Of a stretch of DNA of 64,000 nucleotides, positions 1 to 11,128 are shown piece after piece (position 1 is the stretch's first letter; the number at the start of each line of letters is the position of its first letter). The notes beneath the pieces were generated by a model. That model had not been told where the DNA came from and did no database searches. It was given only the letters and a program-made list of their open reading frames with translations. Source of the DNA: Turneriella sp. (GTDB lineage Bacteria; Spirochaetota; Leptospiria; Turneriellales; Turneriellaceae); assembly GCA_965279515.1 (NCBI GenBank), contig CBDIID010000003.1, positions 4,160,001 to 4,224,000 of the forward strand. Reading direction: 5' to 3'. The position numbers and the translations under genes were made by a program.

Positions 1-1626
1 GACATACGGCCGGGGGGCGAAGTCACCGGCAAGATCGTCAGCATCACCCCTGATTTCGCTATCATCGATATGGGCGGCAAATCTGAAGGCCGCATCGGCA
101 TCCGTGAGTTCGATGTCACACCCGCCGTCGGTGAAACCGTCGAGGCGCTGGTAAAATCCTATGACCGTGAAACGGGCCTGGTTCATCTCTCGAAGCGCGA
201 GCTCGAAATGCGCCGCGGCTGGGAAGTGGTTAAAGAAGCATTTGAGAAAAATGTTCCTGTCAACGGCCTCGTCAAGCGCTCGATGCGCGACGGTTACATG
301 GTGAATGTCGAAGGCGTCTTTATGTTCATGCCGCATACAGCGGTGGGTCTTCTGGGGCCACGCGACCGCGGTTCAAAGCGGATCAACATCGTTGGCCAGA
401 ATTATCTCGTCAAGATCACCGAGCTGAACGACCGCCGCAAAAGCGGTTCGGTATCGCGCAAAATTTTCCAGGATGAGCAGAATGCAACCGTCTGGAAAGA
501 TATCGGCAGCAAAATCCAGCTCAACCACAGCGTGAAAGGCATTGTTACCAAGCACACGAACTCCGGCGTCTTCATCAACGTCGAAGGCATCGAAGGCTTT
601 CTGCACCGCAGCAACATGACGTGGGAGCGCAAAGCCGACACCGCAAAAGAAAAACTCGAAATCGGCGCTGAAGTCACTGTCCGCGTTCTTGAGATCGAGC
701 CGGAAAATCACCGCCTGTCGCTCGGCCTCAAACAACTTACCGACGATCCATGGTCGACTGTGCTCACCCGCTTCAAAGTCGGTGATAAGGTTGAAGGAAA
801 AATTTCCTTTGTCGCGAACTACGGTGCATTCGTCGAGCTCGGTTCAGGCCTCGAAGGCCTCTTGCACGTCACCGAGATGAGCTGGACGCGCAAGGTAAAC
901 CACGCCAACGAAATCGTCAAAGTCGGCCAGGACATCGAAACCAAAATCATCGGCATCAACAAAGACGACAAACGCATCTCTCTCGGCCTGCGCCAATTAC
1001 ATGCCAACCCATGGGATACGATCCGCACCGAAGTCAAGGTCGGCGAAACCATGAAGGGCAAGATCCGTGGTCTCACGAACACGGGTATTTTTGTCGCGAT
1101 CACCGACAACATCGATGGTCTGATCAAAAAAGAAGATATCGGCTGGACTGAACCCGCTCCGGACCCTAAAAAGACATACAAGATCGGCGACGAGATCGAA
1201 TTCAAAGTTATTGAAATCAACAGCGAAGACCGCAAGGTGCAGTGTTCGATACGCCATACACTGCCGAACCCATACAAAAAACTGCGCGACAAGTATCCCC
1301 GCGGTACCGTCGTTTCCGGCGTTGTTTCGGGTGTGGTCGACTTCGGCCTCTTCATCAAGTTTGATGAAGGTTACGAAGGTCTTGCGCACCTTTCTACCAT
1401 GGAAAGAGAGCAGAGCGCCAACTTCAAGAAGACGTTTACCAAAGGCCAGGAAATCAAGGCCGTGATCAAAAGCATTGATCCAGAAAGCCGCAAGATTTCC
1501 CTGTCGCTCAAAGATGTCACGTTCGCCCTGGAAAAAATCGAGATGCGCCAGTATCTTGAGAAAGAAAGCTCGAACAAAACGGAAACCGCGAGCCCATTCG
1601 CGAACCTGAAAACACTAGTGTCGTGA
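1..1626 (+). CDS. rpsA: 30S ribosomal protein S1 (5' end lies upstream of the window)
   Basis: Tandem S1 domains (e.g. NYGAFVELGSGLEGLLHVTEMSW, DFGLFIKFDEGYEGLAHLS). The frame is open from base 1, so the ATG at 70 is internal. Confidence 0.97.
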   Translation, partial: DIRPGGEVTGKIVSITPDFAIIDMGGKSEGRIGIREFDVTPAVGETVEALVKSYDRETGLVHLSKRELEMRRGWEVVKEAFEKNVPVNGLVKRSMRDGYMVNVEGVFMFMPHTAVGLLGPRDRGSKRINIVGQNYLVKITELNDRRKSGSVSRKIFQDEQNATVWKDIGSKIQLNHSVKGIVTKHTNSGVFINVEGIEGFLHRSNMTWERKADTAKEKLEIGAEVTVRVLEIEPENHRLSLGLKQLTDDPWSTVLTRFKVGDKVEGKISFVANYGAFVELGSGLEGLLHVTEMSWTRKVNHANEIVKVGQDIETKIIGINKDDKRISLGLRQLHANPWDTIRTEVKVGETMKGKIRGLTNTGIFVAITDNIDGLIKKEDIGWTEPAPDPKKTYKIGDEIEFKVIEINSEDRKVQCSIRHTLPNPYKKLRDKYPRGTVVSGVVSGVVDFGLFIKFDEGYEGLAHLSTMEREQSANFKKTFTKGQEIKAVIKSIDPESRKISLSLKDVTFALEKIEMRQYLEKESSNKTETASPFANLKTLVS

Positions 1627-2354
1627 AACGCAACCCTTTGACAGTCGTCTGGCAGATTTGCCGGCGCGAGCTCAAAAGTTACTTTCAGTCCGCGCTGGCG
1701 TATTTTATCCTCAGCGTTACGTTTACCCTCGCATTTCTGTGGGGGTATGCCTATATCAAACATGAGAGCACGTCGACCCTGGCGATGCAGCGCATCTTTT
1801 ATATGCTCTCTGGTACGACGATGATTACCGGGGTACTGATTTCGATGCGTCTCATCGCCGAAGAAAAAATGCAGGGTACGATCGAGCTGCTTTTTACCTC
1901 ACCTATTACGGAAACACAGTTAGTGCTGGGCAAATTTGCATCGGCACTCATTTTCCTGGGCATTCAGGCACTCATCACTCTGCCGATTCCCCTTTTGGTT
2001 GTGCTCTACGGCGGCTCAAACCTGGGGCATCTCGTCTCCGGCTTTATCGGTGTGCTGCTGATTGGCGCGGCCACGGCTGCCATGGGAACATTCTATTCCT
2101 CGCTGACTAAGACACAGCTTTTGGCGGCGCTCATGACCGCGGCGAATCTCGTGTTGTTTTTGCTGCTTGGCTTTTTCTCCCCCTTTATAGATCAGCCGCT
2201 CAAGAGTGTTTTGCGCGAGATGAGTTTTTACGTGCATTTTATGGATTTTGAGAAAGGCGTCGTTTCGGTGAAACATGTCCTGTTTTACCTGAGCATCATT
2301 GTTTTCTACCTCTATGCCGCATCGCTCTCGCTGAGTTCGCGGCGCTGGCACTGA
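1623..2354 (+). CDS. ABC-2 type permease, GldF-like
   Basis: Multi-TM protein with ICRRELKSYFQS and ISMRLIAEEKMQGTIELLFTSPITETQLVLGKF motifs. GTGA overlap with rpsA. Confidence 0.88.
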   Translation: MKRNPLTVVWQICRRELKSYFQSALAYFILSVTFTLAFLWGYAYIKHESTSTLAMQRIFYMLSGTTMITGVLISMRLIAEEKMQGTIELLFTSPITETQLVLGKFASALIFLGIQALITLPIPLLVVLYGGSNLGHLVSGFIGVLLIGAATAAMGTFYSSLTKTQLLAALMTAANLVLFLLLGFFSPFIDQPLKSVLREMSFYVHFMDFEKGVVSVKHVLFYLSIIVFYLYAASLSLSSRRWH

Positions 2355-2355
2355 T

Positions 2356-4164
2356 ATGAATATGAACCAAATCGTTGCATTTGTCCGCAGTTATCTCAGC
2401 CCGCTGCTGATTTTTTCGCTGCTGTTGTTTTATATAGCCTCGGGTTTCTCCGTGAAGGGGTTTGGCTATTTTTTCGTGCTCTTCATTGCCTCGCTGATCT
2501 ATGTAGGCGCTGGTGTCGTACTCTATACGCTCTTTAAGAACGATGAAAAAAAAGGCGGATCATTCCGCGTGTTGCAGCTGGCTTACTGGTTGATTCTCTT
2601 CTCACTGTTCTGTTATTTTATCCAGATCGATTTTTTCTGGACTAAGTTCGCGGGCGAATCTGCGGGCGCGACATTCGAGCGCCTGCGCCAGATTCTGCAG
2701 ATTATCTACTTCAGCGGCTTTGCCATTTCTTTCGCTGCGCTCTTTGTCTCTTCTGTGATACGCGCAGAGGCCAAAGAAGCTTCCGGCGCAATTTTGACGC
2801 TGGGGGGATTGCTGTTTTTCCTGATTGCACTCAACTACTGGGCACATATCCGTCCCGCCGCGGTGGATATGACGTTGATGCGCAAATTCTCGCTCTCTCA
2901 CGAAAGCCGCAGCCTGCTTTCAGGCATCGATAGCGAAGTGAAGATCACGGCGTTTTATCCGTTTTTCAGCGATATGTACCGCGACGTCGAGTTGATGCTG
3001 CGCGACGCAGCTTCGGCGAACGGTAAGATCTCCTACAATTTCATCGATCCGCTGCGCGAAAAGAATCTCGCGGACGAGAAGAAGATTGATCGTATCGGCA
3101 CTATTCTCATCGAAACGACAGATAAAGATGAAGCTGACCCCAAAAAGAAAATCAAAACGGCAAAATTTGAGATTCTCGATGAAGATGCGGTTAAACGGCT
3201 CGAGCGCGAACTCGTTTCGAATATTTTACAGATCAGCGGCAAGAAGCTGAATATATTTTATGCACAGGGCCATGAAGAAAAATCTGTCTCGGGCGCCTTC
3301 AAGGACGATACGATCGAATCGTTCGACGAAAACCTGCGTGCGCTGCGGCACCACCTGAAACAGCTCTCACCCGCTGAAGGTTTTCCGCAAAAGATGCCGC
3401 AGGCCGACCTGGTGCTGGTGATTGGCCCGCGCCGTGATTTTTCCCAGGCGGAGAAAATCACTCTCAAGAAGTACTTTGACGATGGCGGTAAACTGTTTGT
3501 GGCCGTTGATCCGGAATCGGCTGCTGATTTCTCTTTCCTCCTGGAACCCCTCAAAGTTAAGTTCATTAAAGACAAGGTCCACAGCGATTTTGCCTTACCT
3601 CCCGGTAAGACGACGATCCAGTCGATGAACTATTCAGAGCACGCGATCACAGCACCGTTTGTAAAACGCGGCGAAGAGCGCAAGCTGACGGTTTTCCCGG
3701 GTGTGGGCTACCTCGAAACCAGCAACGAGTCGAACCCCGATTATGACGTGAATTATTTCCTGCTCAGCCACTTCACGAGCTGGATTGATAAAATTCCTAA
3801 CGGCCTGAGGGACGATAAAAAAGAACCCATCGCTTCCTTTAAGATCGGCATGGCCGTGAAATCCAAGAAAAATGCCGGGCGTCTTATCTTTGTAGGCGAT
3901 TCCGACTTTCTCGTGAACAAATTCATCGACATGCAGCAGAACAAAGAGCTGGCGATGCGCACGATCGGTTGGCTGGCCGAAGACGACAAGCTGACGGGTA
4001 TCGTGGCCGGAAAGTATGACGACGAAAAGGTTAAACTCACGGGTACTAAAGACACGGTGGTGTTTCACCTGTTCCTCTACATTTACCCGGGCTTGATTCT
4101 TATTGTTGGTTTTATGGTTGTGCGCTCAAAGCGCAGGCGTATGACCGAACACAGAGCGGCGTAG
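2356..4164 (+). CDS. GldG-like ABC transporter auxiliary component with extra N-terminal TM segments
   Basis: DMTLMRKFSLS, IFYAQGHEE, ADLVLVIGPRRDFS and GRLIFVGDSDF motifs; C-terminal TM helix; follows the GldF-like permease. Confidence 0.85.
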   Translation: MNMNQIVAFVRSYLSPLLIFSLLLFYIASGFSVKGFGYFFVLFIASLIYVGAGVVLYTLFKNDEKKGGSFRVLQLAYWLILFSLFCYFIQIDFFWTKFAGESAGATFERLRQILQIIYFSGFAISFAALFVSSVIRAEAKEASGAILTLGGLLFFLIALNYWAHIRPAAVDMTLMRKFSLSHESRSLLSGIDSEVKITAFYPFFSDMYRDVELMLRDAASANGKISYNFIDPLREKNLADEKKIDRIGTILIETTDKDEADPKKKIKTAKFEILDEDAVKRLERELVSNILQISGKKLNIFYAQGHEEKSVSGAFKDDTIESFDENLRALRHHLKQLSPAEGFPQKMPQADLVLVIGPRRDFSQAEKITLKKYFDDGGKLFVAVDPESAADFSFLLEPLKVKFIKDKVHSDFALPPGKTTIQSMNYSEHAITAPFVKRGEERKLTVFPGVGYLETSNESNPDYDVNYFLLSHFTSWIDKIPNGLRDDKKEPIASFKIGMAVKSKKNAGRLIFVGDSDFLVNKFIDMQQNKELAMRTIGWLAEDDKLTGIVAGKYDDEKVKLTGTKDTVVFHLFLYIYPGLILIVGFMVVRSKRRRMTEHRAA

Positions 4165-4173
4165 CCGCATCCC

Positions 4174-4971
4174 ATGAACCTCAAAGGCAAAACGGTCTGG
4201 ATTACGGGAGCAAGTTCCGGTATAGGTCGGGCGCTTTCGCTAGAGGCGGCACGGCTGGGTGCAAATCTTGTGCTTTCGGCGCGCAATACGGCTGAACTTA
4301 AAAAACTGCAGGCAGAGGCGAAGCTGACGGCGGCGACCTCACTGATTATCCCGCTCGATTTGAAGAAATATAAACAATTCGGTAAGGCAGTCGCGGCTGT
4401 TACAAAAAAATTTGGTGCGGTGGATATTCTCATCAATAACGGCGGCATCAGCCAGCGTTCGCTGGGGCATGAAACTAAAATCGAAGTCTATGAAGAAATC
4501 ATGGCCGTGAACTTTTTCGGCAATATTGCGCTGACGCTCGCCGTTTTACCGGCGATGCGTGCGCGCAAGTCGGGCACCATTGCCACGATTTCAAGCGTCG
4601 CCGGCAAGATCGGCACACCGCTGAGAACCGGTTATTCCGCCAGTAAATTTGCCAACAATGGGTTTTACGACGCGCTGCGCGCCGAAAATTATAAAGAAAA
4701 TATCCAGGTGACGATCGTCATGCCGGGTTTCGTGAAGACCAATGTTTCCAGGAATGCGCTCACTGCCGAAGGCAAAAAACAAGGCAAGAGTGACGGCGCC
4801 ATCGAAGCCGGCATCAGCGCCGAAGAATGTGCGCGTCGTGCCTGGTCGGCCATACTTGCTGGTAAGAATGAAATCTACATCGCCGGCCGTCGGGAAAGAT
4901 TCGCCATGTTTTTACAGAAATTTTTTCCAGGCCTTCTGGCAAAAATGATCCGTAAGGCAAAAGTAACCTAA
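4174..4971 (+). CDS. Short-chain dehydrogenase/reductase
   Basis: TGASSGIG Rossmann motif, INNGG, catalytic YSASK. Confidence 0.93.
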   Translation: MNLKGKTVWITGASSGIGRALSLEAARLGANLVLSARNTAELKKLQAEAKLTAATSLIIPLDLKKYKQFGKAVAAVTKKFGAVDILINNGGISQRSLGHETKIEVYEEIMAVNFFGNIALTLAVLPAMRARKSGTIATISSVAGKIGTPLRTGYSASKFANNGFYDALRAENYKENIQVTIVMPGFVKTNVSRNALTAEGKKQGKSDGAIEAGISAEECARRAWSAILAGKNEIYIAGRRERFAMFLQKFFPGLLAKMIRKAKVT

Positions 4972-4975
4972 GCCG

Positions 4976-5521
4976 ATGCGTCTCGCCATTCTCGCCGCTA
5001 CGCTGTTGCTTCTGATGCTCTCGGCGTGCCGGAAAAATGAGGCGTTTATCGACGAAGCGCGGCGGTTTGAGGCGCTCGAAGGCAGTGCGGCGTTTTCCCT
5101 CGATGCGACGCCCAAAGAAATCCAGAAGCTGATCGTCAATTTTTTCGCCCCGGATTGCCCTCCTTGCGAAAAAGAAATTCCGGCACTGAAAAAGTTTTTT
5201 GAAAAGTACCGCCAGGCAACCGACGTTGGTTTTGTTGCCATTGGTTCATCCCTGAAGGCTATTGAACAGAATCCTAAACCGGGCAAAGATCCGCCGCTGA
5301 CGGCAGAACAAATCAAGGCGGAAGTTTTCCAGTTTGGAAAAAAATTCGATCAGCCATACCCGCGCTACCTGGCAACCGCTGATGAACTCAGGGCCTGGCG
5401 GGTGACAGGGTTTCCTGAGACCTTTATCTTCATACGCGAAAAGGGAAAATTAGGGTTTCGCAAGAAGATCATCAGCGAAGTGACGCTCGAAGATCTCGAG
5501 CGGGAGCTTCAAGGGAAATAA
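4976..5521 (+). CDS. TlpA/ResA-like thioredoxin-fold lipoprotein
   Basis: Lipobox LSAC, NFFAPDCPPCEKEIP (CxxC) and the cis-Pro GFPETF motif. Confidence 0.85.
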   Translation: MRLAILAATLLLLMLSACRKNEAFIDEARRFEALEGSAAFSLDATPKEIQKLIVNFFAPDCPPCEKEIPALKKFFEKYRQATDVGFVAIGSSLKAIEQNPKPGKDPPLTAEQIKAEVFQFGKKFDQPYPRYLATADELRAWRVTGFPETFIFIREKGKLGFRKKIISEVTLEDLERELQGK

Positions 5522-5522
5522 C

Positions 5523-7523
5523 ATGGAAAACCCCGGACGGACAGAGCACTCGGGTCGGCACGCACGTGTAACGATAGCCGGCCTTCTTGTCTCGCTGGGG
5601 ATTATCTATGGCGATATCGGCACTTCGCCACTCTACGTGCTCTCCGCTGTCTGCAACGGCAAGGTTCTGACGCGCGATCTGATATATGGAGCCCTTTCCT
5701 GTGTGTTTTGGACTTTGGTGCTGGTAACCACGGTCAAATATGTGATCGTTACACTGCGCGCGGATAACAAGGGTGAGGGTGGTATTTTCTCCCTCTATAC
5801 ACTGGTGCGGAGAAGGGGGAAATGGCTGATTGTTCCCGCGATCCTTGGCGGCTGTGCCTTGCTTGCCGATGGTATGATTACGCCACCCATTTCCGTCTCT
5901 TCTGCAGTGGAAGGGCTCGAATATCTGATTCCGGGAATCCCTACGGTCAAGATCGTGCTCATTATTCTCACAGGCCTGTTCTTCGTGCAGCAGTTTGGGA
6001 CTAACGCCGTCGGCAAGGCTTTTGGCCCCATGATGCTCGTCTGGTTCGGTATGCTGGCCGTGTTGGGCTTTGCGCATATCCGGCACCATCCGGATGTTTT
6101 GCAGGCGCTCAATCCTTATCATGCCTACCATTTGCTCACCGAGTATCCTAAAGGCTTTTTTATTCTCGGTGCGGTGTTTCTCTGCACAACGGGTGCCGAA
6201 GCGCTCTATACCGATCTGGGGCATTGCGGCCGCGGTAATATCCGATTCACCTGGGCTTTTGTGCTCATCGCATTACTCCTCAATTATTTTGGACAGGGTG
6301 CTTTTCTGCTGGGGCACGAAGGTGAAACCGTTTCACTCGAAGGTAAGATGGCATCGGGACTGACTCCGTTTTATGCTTTGATGCCGCCGTGGTTTTTGCC
6401 ATTCGGCATCGTCGTTGCGACAACGGCAACCATCATCGCGTCACAAGCTCTCATTAGCGGCACCTACACACTGATTGCAGAGGCAATCCGCCTCAACCTC
6501 TGGCCTAAGGTGCGCGTTAAGTTTCCTTCTATGCTCAAGGGACAGATTTATGTGCCGAGCGCGAACCGCATTTTGTGGCTGGGGTGCTGTGGCGTAACAC
6601 TTTATTTCCAAAAGGCCGCCAACATGGAAGCGGCTTACGGGCTGGCGATTACGCTTAACATGATCGTCACTTCGCTCTTGCTTTCGGTTTGGCTGAGAAT
6701 GCACGGAACAAAGATACCGGTCGTCGTAGTGACGCTGGGCGGATTTCTTGCCATCGAGGCCTCATTCCTTGTCGCCAACCTTGATAAATTCTCTCATGGC
6801 GGTTATGTCTCGCTGGTTATGGGCCTCGGCTTCTTTACCGTCATCTGGTCCTGGTACGCTGCACGCAAAATACGTAACCGCTATGTCGAATTCGTGAGGC
6901 TCGAAGACTATTATGACACACTGCATAACCTGAGCCATGACACATCGATCGGTAAATATGCAACCAATCTCGTCTACATGACGAGCGCAAATAATAAATA
7001 TGAAATAGAATGGAAGGTTATCTATTCGCTGCTTTACAAACAACCCAAGCGGGCGGATATTTACTGGTTTGTCCACGTCGACGTCACCGACGAACCCTAT
7101 ACGCGTTCCTGTACCGTCGACGTGCTGGTGCCGAACGACGTGATCCGCGTCGATTTTAAGCTGGGTTTTCGCGTTGAGCCGCGCATTAACCAGTATTTCC
7201 GCAAGGTTGTTACAGAACTCGTCAACAAGGGTGTTGTCGATATCACGAGCCGTTATGCATCGCTGCATGAAAAGAATATCATCGGTGATTTTCGCTTTAT
7301 CGTGCTCGACCGGGTGCTGACTCACGATAATGAACTGAATTTTTATGAGAAGATCGTCACGTCGCTGCACTGGCTGTGGAAATCGCTGTGCCCAGGAGAA
7401 GAAAAGGCGTTCGGGCTCGACACCTCAATCGTTGAAGTGGAACGCGTACCTCTGATTGTGTCAAAGCCGCGGGAATTTAGCCTTGATATATCGCTCTCCT
7501 CGGGAGAAGCTGAGAAGCAGTGA
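5523..7523 (+). CDS. kup: KUP/HAK/KT potassium transporter, copy 1
   Basis: [45 protein letters not shown]. Confidence 0.97.
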   Translation: MENPGRTEHSGRHARVTIAGLLVSLGIIYGDIGTSPLYVLSAVCNGKVLTRDLIYGALSCVFWTLVLVTTVKYVIVTLRADNKGEGGIFSLYTLVRRRGKWLIVPAILGGCALLADGMITPPISVSSAVEGLEYLIPGIPTVKIVLIILTGLFFVQQFGTNAVGKAFGPMMLVWFGMLAVLGFAHIRHHPDVLQALNPYHAYHLLTEYPKGFFILGAVFLCTTGAEALYTDLGHCGRGNIRFTWAFVLIALLLNYFGQGAFLLGHEGETVSLEGKMASGLTPFYALMPPWFLPFGIVVATTATIIASQALISGTYTLIAEAIRLNLWPKVRVKFPSMLKGQIYVPSANRILWLGCCGVTLYFQKAANMEAAYGLAITLNMIVTSLLLSVWLRMHGTKIPVVVVTLGGFLAIEASFLVANLDKFSHGGYVSLVMGLGFFTVIWSWYAARKIRNRYVEFVRLEDYYDTLHNLSHDTSIGKYATNLVYMTSANNKYEIEWKVIYSLLYKQPKRADIYWFVHVDVTDEPYTRSCTVDVLVPNDVIRVDFKLGFRVEPRINQYFRKVVTELVNKGVVDITSRYASLHEKNIIGDFRFIVLDRVLTHDNELNFYEKIVTSLHWLWKSLCPGEEKAFGLDTSIVEVERVPLIVSKPREFSLDISLSSGEAEKQ

Positions 7524-9478
7524 AACCAGAGGGGGTGCACGGAAAAATTTCCGCCGCCGGGCTGATCGTCGCGCTGGGGATTATTTACGGCGATATTGGC
7601 ACCTCGCCACTCTATGTGTTTTCGGCGATTGCCGGGCAACGTATCATTACCGAAGAACTTGTTCTCGGCGGGTTATCCTGCATTTTCTGGACGCTGACGC
7701 TCATCACGAGTATTAAATATGTCACAGTAACGCTCAGGGCGGATAACCACGGCGAGGGCGGTATTTTCTCGCTCTATACCCTGGTTCGTCGCCGCAGCCG
7801 CTGGCTGATTATTCCCGCCGTGATCGGTGGCTGTGCTCTTCTTGCAGATGGTATGATCACGCCGCCGATTTCGGTGTCGTCCGCTGTCGAGGGGCTAGAG
7901 GCCCTGATTCCGGGCATACCGACCGTCAAGATCGTGGTCGCGATTCTCACGGCGCTCTTTATCTTTCAGCAGTTTGGTACGAATATCGTCGGCCGTTGGT
8001 TTGGCCCGATTATGCTTGTGTGGTTTTTTATGATCGCCGTGTTTGGATTTGCACATCTTGTGAAAAATCCGGCGGTAATCAAGGCGGTCAACCCCTGGTA
8101 TGCTTATAACCTGCTCGTTAATTATCCCAAGGGATTCTGGCTTTTGGGTGCTGTGTTCCTCTGCACTACGGGTGCCGAGGCTCTTTACACAGATCTCGGG
8201 CATTGTGGCATTAAGAATATCCGTTCGAGCTGGAGTTTTGTAAAACTGACATTGCTCCTGAACTATTTCGGGCAGGCAGCGTTTCTCCTGACTATCACTG
8301 GCCAAACCCTCGACGCCAATGGACGTACAGCTGCCGGGCTCACGCCGTTCTATTCGCTAATGCCGGCCTGGTTCTTGCCGGTCGGCATTTTTATCGCGAC
8401 GATAGCAACGGTCATCGCGTCTCAGGCAATTATCAGCGGTACCTTCACGCTCATCGCAGAAGCTATCCGCTTGAATCTTTGGCCGAAAGTGCGCATTAAA
8501 TACCCATCGAATCTGAAGGGGCAGATCTACGTGCCCAGCGCAAATCGTGTGCTCTGGGTCGGGTGTATGATGGTCATGGTTTGGTTTGGCCGCGCATCGA
8601 ACATGGAAGCCGCTTATGGGCTCGCCATTACCTTTAACATGATGATGACCACGACACTTTTGCTTGTTTATATGCACAACCAGGTACGCCGCGTTTGGTC
8701 CCCTTGGCTTGGGTTTGTTATTTTTATCTCTGTCGAATTGGCATTTCTTGTTGCGAATCTGGAAAAATTTTCCCATGGCGGATGGGTGACCCTCGTCATC
8801 GGTGTCGGGCTTTTTCTCGTCATGTGGTCCTGGTATGCTGCCCGTAAGATTCGGAACAGGTTGGTAGAATTCGTGCGCTTATCGGATTATTTTGATATTC
8901 TGCATGAACTAAGCCATGATACCTCAGTTCCTAAATACGCCACAAATCTCGTTTATCTGACGAGTGCAAATAATTCCGGAGAAATTGAATGGAAAGTCAT
9001 ATATTCTCTGTTTTATAAGCAGCCGAAACGAGCCGATGTGTACTGGCTTGTTCATGTCGACGTCACCGACGAACCCTATACTATGGCCTACAAGGTCGAC
9101 GTGCTGGTGCCGAACGATGTTATCCGCATAGATTTTAAACTCGGGTTTCGGATTGAACCACGCATCAACCAGTTTTTCCGTAAGGCCGTTTCGGCTTTAG
9201 TGGAAGAAGGGATAGTCGATATAACCAGCCGCTATGCTTCGTTAAATCAGAAAAATATCCTTGGCGATTTCAGGTTTATCATATTCGACAGGGTCTTGAG
9301 TCATGACAATGAACTGAATATCTACGAACGCATCGTGACACGTCTTTATAAAATTCTCAAATTTGTCAGCCCGACCGAAGAGAAAGCCTTTGGCCTCGAT
9401 ACGTCTATTGTAGAGATAGAACGAGTGCCGCTGATCGTCTCGAAGCCGCGCGAATTCCAGCTGGAGCGCCTACCGTAA
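7520..9478 (+). CDS. kup: KUP/HAK/KT potassium transporter, copy 2
   Basis: Same motifs as copy 1; GTGA overlap with copy 1. Confidence 0.97.
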   Translation: MKPEGVHGKISAAGLIVALGIIYGDIGTSPLYVFSAIAGQRIITEELVLGGLSCIFWTLTLITSIKYVTVTLRADNHGEGGIFSLYTLVRRRSRWLIIPAVIGGCALLADGMITPPISVSSAVEGLEALIPGIPTVKIVVAILTALFIFQQFGTNIVGRWFGPIMLVWFFMIAVFGFAHLVKNPAVIKAVNPWYAYNLLVNYPKGFWLLGAVFLCTTGAEALYTDLGHCGIKNIRSSWSFVKLTLLLNYFGQAAFLLTITGQTLDANGRTAAGLTPFYSLMPAWFLPVGIFIATIATVIASQAIISGTFTLIAEAIRLNLWPKVRIKYPSNLKGQIYVPSANRVLWVGCMMVMVWFGRASNMEAAYGLAITFNMMMTTTLLLVYMHNQVRRVWSPWLGFVIFISVELAFLVANLEKFSHGGWVTLVIGVGLFLVMWSWYAARKIRNRLVEFVRLSDYFDILHELSHDTSVPKYATNLVYLTSANNSGEIEWKVIYSLFYKQPKRADVYWLVHVDVTDEPYTMAYKVDVLVPNDVIRIDFKLGFRIEPRINQFFRKAVSALVEEGIVDITSRYASLNQKNILGDFRFIIFDRVLSHDNELNIYERIVTRLYKILKFVSPTEEKAFGLDTSIVEIERVPLIVSKPREFQLERLP

Positions 9479-11121
9479 TGCCCGTTTTTGAATCCAAAAT
9501 AGCCCCTCAAAGCGCCGATTTCAAACTCAATAGCGAAGCGTATGGCGCGCACCTGCAGAAATTCCGCGATGCACTGCAGCGTATTGCTCCCACGAACCGC
9601 GCGGCGGCAGTCAAGCGCCACACCGAACGGGGCAAACTCTTTGCCCGCGACCGTATTTTCGGGATTCTCGATGCCGGTTCGCCGTTTCTCGAACTCGGTG
9701 CTTTTGCGGGTTTTGATCTCTATGCGGGTGAGGATATTCCCGGTGCGGGCGCCATCGCTGGCATTGGCTTCGTGCATGGTCGCCTGGTGGCGGTTTTGGC
9801 GAACGATGCAACCGTCAAGGGCGGTACATATTATCCCATTACCGTGAAGAAACATTTGCGCTTCCAGGAATTCGCCGCCCTCAACGGCCTGCCGTGCATC
9901 TACCTTGTCGATAGCGGCGGCGCCTTTCTGCCGATGCAGGACGAGGTTTTCCCGGATCGCGACCATTTCGGCCGCATCTTCTATAACCAGGCACGCATGT
10001 CGGCCGCCGGTATTCCGCAGCTGGCGCTGGTCATGGGCTCGTGTACTGCGGGCGGTGCTTACGTGCCCGCGATGTGCGATGAGACGATTATCGTTGAAAA
10101 GCATGGTACGATTTTTCTCGCGGGGCCACCCCTCGTCAAAATGGCGACGGGTGAAGAGGTGAGCGCTGAAGATCTCGGCGGTGCGCGTCTCCATACCCAG
10201 AAGTCTGGTGTTGCCGATCACTACGCGCTCGACGATCTCGACGCGCTGGAAAAGGCCCGCCGGATCATCGAGACCTTGCCGCCGGTACGTGAAAATACTC
10301 TCGCCAGCTCGCGCAAGACCGGGTATGCAGAGCCGCTTTTTTCGCCGGAAGAAATCCCCGGTATCATGCCTGCAGATACCAAGAAGCCGTTCGATGTACG
10401 CGAGATCATCGCGCGTATCGTCGACGGCAGCGAGTTTTATGAATTTAAGGGCGACTATGGTAAGACGCTGGTTTGTGCCTTTGCCGAGATCGGCGGTTTT
10501 CGTGTCGGCATTCTCGCCAATAACGGTGTGCTGTTTTCGGAGTCGGCGCTGAAAGGCACGCATTTTATCGAGCTGTGCTGCCAGAGGGAAATCCCCCTGA
10601 TCTTTTTACAGAACATCACGGGCTTCATGGTCGGCAAAAAATACGAAGAGGGTGGTATCGCGAAAGACGGCGCCAAGATGGTGAGCGCGGTTTCGAACGC
10701 GAATGTGCCGAAGTTCACTGTGATCATTGCGGGTTCGTATGGCGCCGGCAATTACGGCATGTGCGGGCGCGCGTATTCGCCCGACCTCTTGTTCATGTGG
10801 CCCAATGCGCGCATTTCCGTGATGGGCGGCGAGCAGGCGGCGGGTGTGCTCAATATTGTGCGTGAGCAGGCTGCGGCGGCGCAGGCAAAAAAAACCGGTA
10901 AACCCGTAGATGCTGCTGCGCTGACAAAAGAAACCGCTGAGACTAAGGAGCGCATCACGGCGCAGTTTGAAAAACAATCGGGCGCATTGTATTCATCGGC
11001 AAGGCTGTGGGATGACGGTATTATCGACCCGCGCGACACGCGCCAGGTGTTGCTGATGGGACTCACGGCGGCGTCGGCGCGCCCGCTGGAAAAATTCCGG
11101 CAGCCCGTTTATCGCATGTAA
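9478..11121 (+). CDS. liuB: 3-methylcrotonyl-CoA carboxylase, carboxyltransferase (beta) subunit
   Basis: [70 protein letters not shown]. Confidence 0.92.
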   Translation: MPVFESKIAPQSADFKLNSEAYGAHLQKFRDALQRIAPTNRAAAVKRHTERGKLFARDRIFGILDAGSPFLELGAFAGFDLYAGEDIPGAGAIAGIGFVHGRLVAVLANDATVKGGTYYPITVKKHLRFQEFAALNGLPCIYLVDSGGAFLPMQDEVFPDRDHFGRIFYNQARMSAAGIPQLALVMGSCTAGGAYVPAMCDETIIVEKHGTIFLAGPPLVKMATGEEVSAEDLGGARLHTQKSGVADHYALDDLDALEKARRIIETLPPVRENTLASSRKTGYAEPLFSPEEIPGIMPADTKKPFDVREIIARIVDGSEFYEFKGDYGKTLVCAFAEIGGFRVGILANNGVLFSESALKGTHFIELCCQREIPLIFLQNITGFMVGKKYEEGGIAKDGAKMVSAVSNANVPKFTVIIAGSYGAGNYGMCGRAYSPDLLFMWPNARISVMGGEQAAGVLNIVREQAAAAQAKKTGKPVDAAALTKETAETKERITAQFEKQSGALYSSARLWDDGIIDPRDTRQVLLMGLTAASARPLEKFRQPVYRM

Positions 11122-11128
11122 GGACATT

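Noticed and set aside
9346..10563. 405-aa antisense ORF (similar cases at 18766-19599, 42633-43751 and 45353-46294)
   Set aside because: These are shadow frames opposite well-supported genes and carry no motifs of their own.
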